Below the pieces are notes generated by a model. The model worked only from the letters and a program-made list of their open reading frames with translations. It was not told where the DNA came from and made no database searches. A program made the position numbers and the translations under genes. A stretch of 63,503 bases of DNA, counting the filler, from Guillardia theta CCMP2712 (taxonomy: Eukaryota; Protista; Cryptophyta), in NCBI RefSeq assembly GCF_000315625.1. It is 5 parts of 5 records of this genome, joined end to end, with 100 filler letters (N's around TTAATTAATTAA, not from the genome) between each part and the next. Parts side by side here need not be neighbours in the genome. Positions count along the whole stretch, not along the records: positions 36,801 to 57,183 come from NW_005434353.1; positions 57,284 to 60,614 come from NW_005434106.1; positions 60,715 to 63,503 come from NW_005434081.1; 2 more parts are not named here. One strand, given 5' to 3'. This document shows, one piece after another, positions 56,916 through 63,503 of this stretch (positions are counted from its first letter, which is position 1; each line of letters begins with the position of its first letter).

Positions 56916-57316
56916 AGATAAGACTGCACAACCTCTTCAAATGCCTTGAAACGGATGTTCCACCCTCGCGACAGCAATCTCTGGTTACAAGATCTTTACG
57001 GTTCAAGTATCATCTTTTAGATATCAAAAGCCGGCGGGCAAGCTTGTCTCTCCTTGTTCAAGTTCCTCTCTTATCTTCTCCTCTATCACAACTTCCTCCC
57101 CTACATCACCCCCTACTCTGACGCTCTCGCATGACCCCCCACCCCTCCTTGTCCGTACCCACCCCTCTCTTCCCCTCGCGTCTNNNNNNNNNNNNNNNNN
57201 NNNNNNNNNNNNNNNNNNNNNNNNNNNTTAATTAATTAANNNNNNNNNNNNNNNNNNNNNNNNNNNNNNNNNNNNNNNNNNNNGAAAAACCCGGTCAGAG
57301 CCGTAAATATAACCGC

Positions 57317-57447
57317 TCCCCCCCTCCTCTGACTAGGTGTAGACTGGCTGATTTCACTCTTCCCTTCCTCCCCTCTCTCTCTCCCCCCCTCCTCTGACTA
57401 GGTGTAGACTGGCTGATTTCACGCTTCCCTTCCTCCCCTCTCTCTCT
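57317..57447. repeat. 65-bp tandem duplication
   Basis: CCTCTGACTAGGTGTAGACTGGCTGATTTCAC occurs twice, 65 bp apart. Confidence 0.85.
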
Positions 57448-59391
57448 TCTATCTCTGGCTGCAGACTCTTCCTATTCTCTGTCTTGTCTTGCGTGACTCT
57501 CCTCTCCAGACTTTCACCGTCACGTTGACGAGGCGGGCGAGCAAGGTCGCAAAGAAGAGCAAGGCTCCAGTACCTGCTTCAGCTGCAGCGCCACCGGGGG
57601 TACCATGCCACTCCTCTCTTCCTCGTATGGCTGACCTTCTGTCAGGCTGCAGGGGCTGCCCCCTCACGCCCTAGCAAGCAAGATGCCGCTGTTGCCTCTG
57701 CTCCCTCCGGTTCCTATCGCCTCTCCCCTAGCCCTATCCTTCACTGACGGGTTTCACTCTAGACGCCCCGCAGCGGACCTCCAAGCCAGTCAAAGTGAGT
57801 GATCCTCCTTCTCTCTCTCTGCTTGCCGCCTTTCCTCCATCTCTCCTTCTTTGCCTCCCTCCATCTCCTTCTTTGCCTCCCTCCATCCCTCCCCTCCCTC
57901 CCCTCCCCTCCCTCCCCTCCCTCCCCTCCCCTCCCTCCCTCCCTCCCTCCATCCATCCATCCATCCATCCATCCATCCATCCATCCATCCCTCCCTCCTC
58001 CCTTGACTCTTTTCTCCTCGCCATTTCGTGCGCAAGACTTGACGGGCCATCAGAGCCATACGGGCGAGAAGAAGGTCGGTTCCTCCAAGACCACCAAGAA
58101 ATCCTCTGCCGGCGTCTCTGCCTCGAGGCCGGCGAAGGCGGGGCCCAGCCAGCGAAGGCTGCCGCAGAGGAGGCGGTCGGAAGTCCCGACGATACGACAA
58201 AGAGCAGGAGGGAGGAGGAGGTCGCAGGCAAGGAGGAGGAGATCCTCTGAGAGAGCGGAGGAGGGAGGAGGGGTTGGTTGTAGGGACAGGAACAAAGAGC
58301 AGCGAGCACAGGACACGTCGCGCGGAGATGAGTGTGGCTGGTTGCCATGTCACAGCGCTGTCTGATCAGGAAATGCCATGCGGAGGCGAGTCATGTTGGG
58401 GGGATGGGGGAGTTGCACCTGACGAAGAGGAGAGGCGGAGGAAGCCAAGGAGGCAGAGCAGGACAAGGCAGAGCATGTCGTCTCGCGCTTGCTGCCTCCA
58501 GAAGTCTTGAGACCCTTGCGCTGACTTTCGTCGACGAACCTCACTGAGCTCCTTCCACTCCTCACTCCTCGTCGAGCACCGGGTCGCTGCCGCTCAAACT
58601 CTCAGGCCCGACACGCGCCAGGTCCCGGGGCTCATGCCAGGGTTGCCGAGGCTTCAGGAGAAGCCGATCGCTTAAGAGGAGGAGGGAGCTGGGTCGAGAC
58701 ATGTGACGGGCAGAAACGTCTGAGAGAGCTCTGAGCTTGACATGTCAGCCAGATCGTCACCATCCTCACATCCAGCATCCCCCGCACCTGTCCTGCGCTC
58801 TCTCTTCCCCCTGCTGCCATGTCTCTCCGGGTCTTCCCGGGGGACCGCGCTAGAGGCCGCCCTTCCTTCCCGCCGTCCAGCGCTCTTGAGCAGGCGATGC
58901 CGACGACAGCTCAGATCCTCGGGACCGAAGGTCAGGAGACCTGCCAGACATGCCTTGAGTGAGGGGTCGCGACAGGGGCTCGTCGCTCCCCTCCTGGCTT
59001 GTGAGCATGAGGCGGTGATCGGAAGGCATGTCGCGAGTGCTTCCGCACGTGCATCAGTCCCGATGTCACAAGGCTTCACATCAGGTCTTGATGAGTCACG
59101 TTGTCTTGTTGTGCTGTTGTTGTTCCCTACTGCAGTGATCATCTCGTGTTCTACCTCGACAGCACGCGAGCGCTTGTGCAAGTGAGGCCCTCTGGTCGTG
59201 GTCTTGAGCATCGCCCGCCTCCTCTCCTCGGCACGGTACCTCACGGGGGGCCAGAGCAGCAGGTGGCGAGGGAAAGAGCCCTCGCGTGGGAGCTCGCGGA
59301 CGCTAGACCACAGAGGTAAGACAAGTTTATTATCAGATGTAATGCACACTACAAGGAACATTGCGTGTTGAGGTCAGCGAGAGTCTTCGCA

Positions 59392-60198
59392 TCAGATCTT
59401 GGAGGCCGTCAAGCTCGCAACGACGGCGAGAAGGAGCATGGCGAAGGACATGGGTGCTGAGCCCATGGCTCCTGAGGTAGTAGAGACGCAGTTGGTGTCC
59501 GCACAACCGCCGCCAGTCTTCAACCCAGCGATGACAGCATCGAGAGTAGCGCTAGGATATTCGCAAAAGTTGGAGTAGACGGTCTTCAATGAGCTGCAGC
59601 AAGGCTTGGGAACAGGAACGGTCGTCGTCGAGGTGCAGTCCGAGTCAGTCATGCATCCAGTCACTGTGGTAAGCAACGGACAGTACGCGGCGCAGTCGGA
59701 TCCCTTTGCCTTCTGCGATCATGAAACAAGTCACTAGGCTGTAGGCAAGCAAGCCAGCTTCTCTCTGACTTACAACGCCAGCGCACTGTGCGTCGATCTT
59801 AGCCTTGCAAGCTGCATTGTCAGCCGGTGCTACGAGCTTGTGTGCAGCGATCAAGGCGTCGACGCCAGCATCAGCCACAGCTTTCGACGCGCAGCTTCCG
59901 TACTTGAAAGTCGTCTCGGGGCATCCGCCTGCGTCATAGGTCAGCACAAGCATCTGTGAATCACTTTTACACGGTTGAAGAAGATCTACAACCCGATACG
60001 ACACCAAGAGGACGATGAGGAGGAGGAGCAAGAGGACGAGGAGGATAAGGACAAGCACGAGAAGGACTCAAGAAGCAGAAGAGCCTGAGAGACAGGAGGG
60101 AGGGAGCTACCGTTGGTGGCCTTCTTCTCAGAGATGTAGCATGTGGTAGCAGCAGTAGCCGCCACGAGGGTGAGGCAGAGGAAGGATCTGAAGAGCAT
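59392..60198 (-). CDS. Secreted Cys-rich surface protein, probably GPI-anchored (about three exons)
   Basis: Signal peptide MLFRSFLCLTLVAATAA, many Cys, and a C-terminal small-residue site plus hydrophobic tail SGAMGSAPMSFAMLLLAVVASLTASKI. Confidence 0.75.
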
Positions 60199-61869
60199 CG
60201 CGATGGAGCGTCGGCTGCGTGGTCAGTCGGGTTTTATACTCTTGGTTTTTTTTTCTACAACTTTGGAGGGAAGTTGATATTCTTGAAGATGATGTGCAAA
60301 ATTTGTAATGGTGACATGAGTATCTTGAAGTGGGTTCAAATCCGCCTCACGAGAGCTTGCGTTAAAGTTGACCGAGTGTTTGAAATGCTCGGGCTAACTT
60401 AGAAGAGCGAGAGGGAGGGTTCGAAACGACTTGAATTACCACGTAACAAGAGGCCACGATCAACAGCTGGTACGACAGCCTCTAAAGAAGATGAGAAATA
60501 TCTTCGTCGTCATCCTCCTCCTCCTCCTCCTCCTCCTCCTCCTCCTCCTCCTCCTCCTCCTCCTCCTCCTCCACCACCACCACCACCACCATACCACAAT
60601 TCCTCCCCTCTGCTNNNNNNNNNNNNNNNNNNNNNNNNNNNNNNNNNNNNNNNNNNNNTTAATTAATTAANNNNNNNNNNNNNNNNNNNNNNNNNNNNNN
60701 NNNNNNNNNNNNNNCCTCTTCCTCCTTCGTCCCCTTCCTTTCCCCCCCCTCCCCCTTTTCTCCCTCCTCCTCTTCTTGCTCAACTCTTAGGTCTCCCCAG
60801 GCATCTCCACCGACTTTGACGCGGACACGGGTGAGACTCTCTCGGTTTCTCCAGCACGTGACGAGCCGTCAGGATACGTGCGAGAGCCGACTCTCCTCGC
60901 CAAGTTCATTGGCCCCTCCTACAACCTGACCGCATTCGGCAACGTCTCTGCTCCAACTACCTCTACTCTTATTCCTATTCCTATTCCTCCTCTGCTACTA
61001 CTCTTACTACTTCTCCTACTCCTACTACTCCTACTTCCACTCCTACTACTCCTACTACTCTCGTAGGCCTGATGCCAGCATTGCTGCAGGCAGGGGGAGG
61101 GAAGGCGGAGATCGGGATCGAGCAGAGGATCACAAGCAGCTTGAGGTCTGCGCGGGAGGAAGCGCGTGAGCCTGACGGGGCGGCAGAGCGCATGCTGGAC
61201 TTGCGTGCAGTGGCAGCTCTTTGAAGAGCGGGAACTCAGTAGTTGTAGGTGAGAAGTCGAGGACAACGGGGGAGGCAATCAGAGCAGGGGCGGGGGTTGA
61301 GCGAAGAGGGATGCAGGAAACAAGGAGGACGAGGAGAGCAGAGCAGAGTACGGGAAATGAGAGGGAGGAGAGGAGAGGAGAGGAGAGGAGAGGAGAGGAG
61401 AGGAGAGGAGAGGAGAGGAGAGGAGAGGAGAGGAGAGGAGAGGAGAGGAGAGGAGGGGAGAGGAGGATGAAGTGACGGCGTGAAGCTCTTCAGCAGCGTT
61501 GGAACGCCAGTAAAGTGAACATGAGGATGGACAGCAGCTCTCAGGTAAGCTTTATGTCAGCTTGAGGAACTCTGAGAAAAGGGGCAGTCGGTGACAGCGT
61601 CAGGAGCGCTTAGAGGCGTCATTCCTAACGTGATGCTCTTTGGGTCTATGAAGGTGACCTGCTCCCCTGCTGCTCTCCTCGATTCCATCCTGTGCTCTCT
61701 CTCCAGCTCCTGCCAACTGCCTCGTTCGCTTGGGTCACGCGGCGACTTGCAGGTCGACAGCTCTCTCAAGTGCGTCTTCGGGTTCAACGCCAAGGTCGTG
61801 GTCTGAAGGACGAGGAGAGCATGGGAGGCAGCGGCGGCAGCAGAGGAGGGAGGAGGGAGGAGGGGGGGC

Positions 61870-63100
61870 GGAGGGTCACCAGGGGTAGGATGAACGACGA
61901 CCCACTGGATAACGAGCAAGAGATGATCAGAGAAGAGCACAAGGATCCAATTGGAGAGGATGACAGGAGAATGGTAGAAAAATCCGAGAGAAAGGTAGGA
62001 CATTTGGTGGGAGTACCTTGCCCTCCCTCGTCTCGTGGTCCTTATCGGAATCTTTCGTGTAGAAGACCTGAAACCAATATGAGAAGCGAAGAAACATTAA
62101 CACGGATTACACCTACACTTACACTGACACTGACACTTACACCTAAAGTCACTCTCACACTACACTAACACTGTTACTGACACTCATATTCACACTACAC
62201 AATGCAAGGCAGCAACACAAGATAAGACAAGCTTCAGACATGATATCATATGCCAACTGGTCAAGTCAAGACATTACACGAGACAAGAGACGGCCAGCCA
62301 ACAAAAGAAATATGGAGATTCAAGTAGGGAGAGGAAAGGGGAATGTTGAGAAGAGGAGAAAAGAGAATGAGGGGCGAGAAGCAAGGTCAGGAAAGAGAGG
62401 GGAGAGAGAGAAGGGAACGGGAACGCTGACCTGCAGTGAGTGTGGTTGGTCGTACTGTTGCCTTAAGATCTGCATACATCAGCATCACGTGTTGTTACCA
62501 CCCCCTCCCCCTCCCCCTCCCCCTCCCTCCTCCTCCTCCCCCTCCCCCTCCCCCTCCCCCTCCCCCTCCTCCTCGTATCTCTCCCTGAGAGAGATACGAG
62601 GAGCTACATCTCGTCTCGTCTCTTTGCCCCTCGTCTCCTTGTCACCGTTAGCAGCCCGGCGTCGGTGTGGCGATTGATGGCCAAGAAGCCTTCGTCTTCC
62701 TTGGGGGACCGAAGGGGAAAGTCTGCATCCACTGGAAGGAAAATCAGAAAAGAGGACAGGACAGGACAGGACAGGACAGGACAGGACAGGACAGGACAGG
62801 ACAGGACAGGACAGGACAGGACAGGACAGGACAGGACAGGACAGGACAGGACAGGCGGCAGCACCTGGACGCGGACATGGGGGATAGAAGTTCAAGCGCA
62901 GGTAGCTCGTGTGCTCTCCCAGCATCTGCAAGCGATTGAGACTGGAGGAGGAGGGGGGAGGGGGGGGATGCCTTGTCGAAGTGCTGCTCCTGCTGCCCCA
63001 GACACACAGCGAAGGCTCTGAGCAGCGACTTGGAGAGAGAAGTGCAACGATCGAAATAATCCTTCATCGCAGCCTTGAACTTGACATCGCCTGGCTGAGG
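61870..63100 (-). CDS. 2-oxoglutarate/Fe(II) dioxygenase, partial, multi-exon
   Basis: FKAAMKDYFDRCTSLSKSLLRAFAVCLG, TSYLRLNFYPPCP, AINRHTDAGLLT (HxD), ILRQ..SLQ, WVVVHP. Confidence 0.8.
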
Positions 63101-63503
63101 GAATGAGCTGAGAAGAAGGGGAGAGGGAGAGAAAGAGGGAGGGAGCGAGGGAGAGGGAGAGAAAGAGGGAGGGAGCGAGGGAGAGGGAGAGAAAGAGGGA
63201 GGGAGCGAGGGAGAGAGGAGCGAGCGAGCGAAGGAGCGAGGGAGAGGACGAGGGGAGGAGACAAAAGGAGGAGGGAAGGGGAAACGATCACGAAACGAAG
63301 AGCGAAAAGCAGAGGAGGGTAGGAAGATACTGAGCGCCAAGTTGAAGAAGTATGGTGATGTTTAGGGATAGATGGCATGAAGAATGAAAGGAGAAAAGAC
63401 AAGATGAGACGAGAGGGATGGGGAGAGGAGGGGAGGGGAGGGGAGGGGAGGGGAGGGGAGGGGAGAGGAGAGGAGAGGAGAGGAGAGGAGAGGAGAGGAG
63501 AGG

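Noticed and set aside
57450-59361. Many overlapping ORFs, including an SDHR peptide resembling an APE end motif
   Set aside because: GC-rich low-complexity sequence with no supporting APE motifs upstream, so no product can be supported.

Overview
Eukaryotic nuclear DNA: GC-rich, short GT-AG introns, many microsatellites. The style resembles a cryptophyte such as Guillardia, but that is inference only. Four N-TTAATTAATTAA-N linkers suggest five joined contigs (about 1-19859, 19960-36700, 36801-57183, 57284-60614, 60715-end). The main result is in contig 36801-57183: a head-to-tail array of non-LTR retrotransposons, each sitting in short (TTTAGGG)n telomeric tracts. Element A has ORF1 plus an ORF2 with Ulp1 protease, APE endonuclease, RT, degenerate RNase H, zinc knuckle and a restriction-like endonuclease (Dualen/RandI-like dual endonuclease). 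Its ORFs overlap as TAATG and its RT block is inverted. Elements B and C have an intact ORF1 but no ORF2, each with its own 5' tandem-repeat array and a shared 3' end motif. Two tiny truncated insertions lie between A and B. The array starts at a PARP gene that is cut by a fold-back palindrome and capped with telomeric repeats, which looks like a healed chromosome break. The first contig holds a Crinkler-like NTPase-REase gene between 590-bp direct repeats, intron-containing Crypton tyrosine-recombinase remnants, and a 7-kb AT-rich virus-like island encoding a giant collagen/Gly-rich/LamG fibre protein. The rest is ordinary host genes: RelA/SpoT-like membrane protein, TBC Rab-GAP, HEAT-repeat, WD40-C2, GPI-like Cys-rich protein and a 2OG-Fe(II) dioxygenase.
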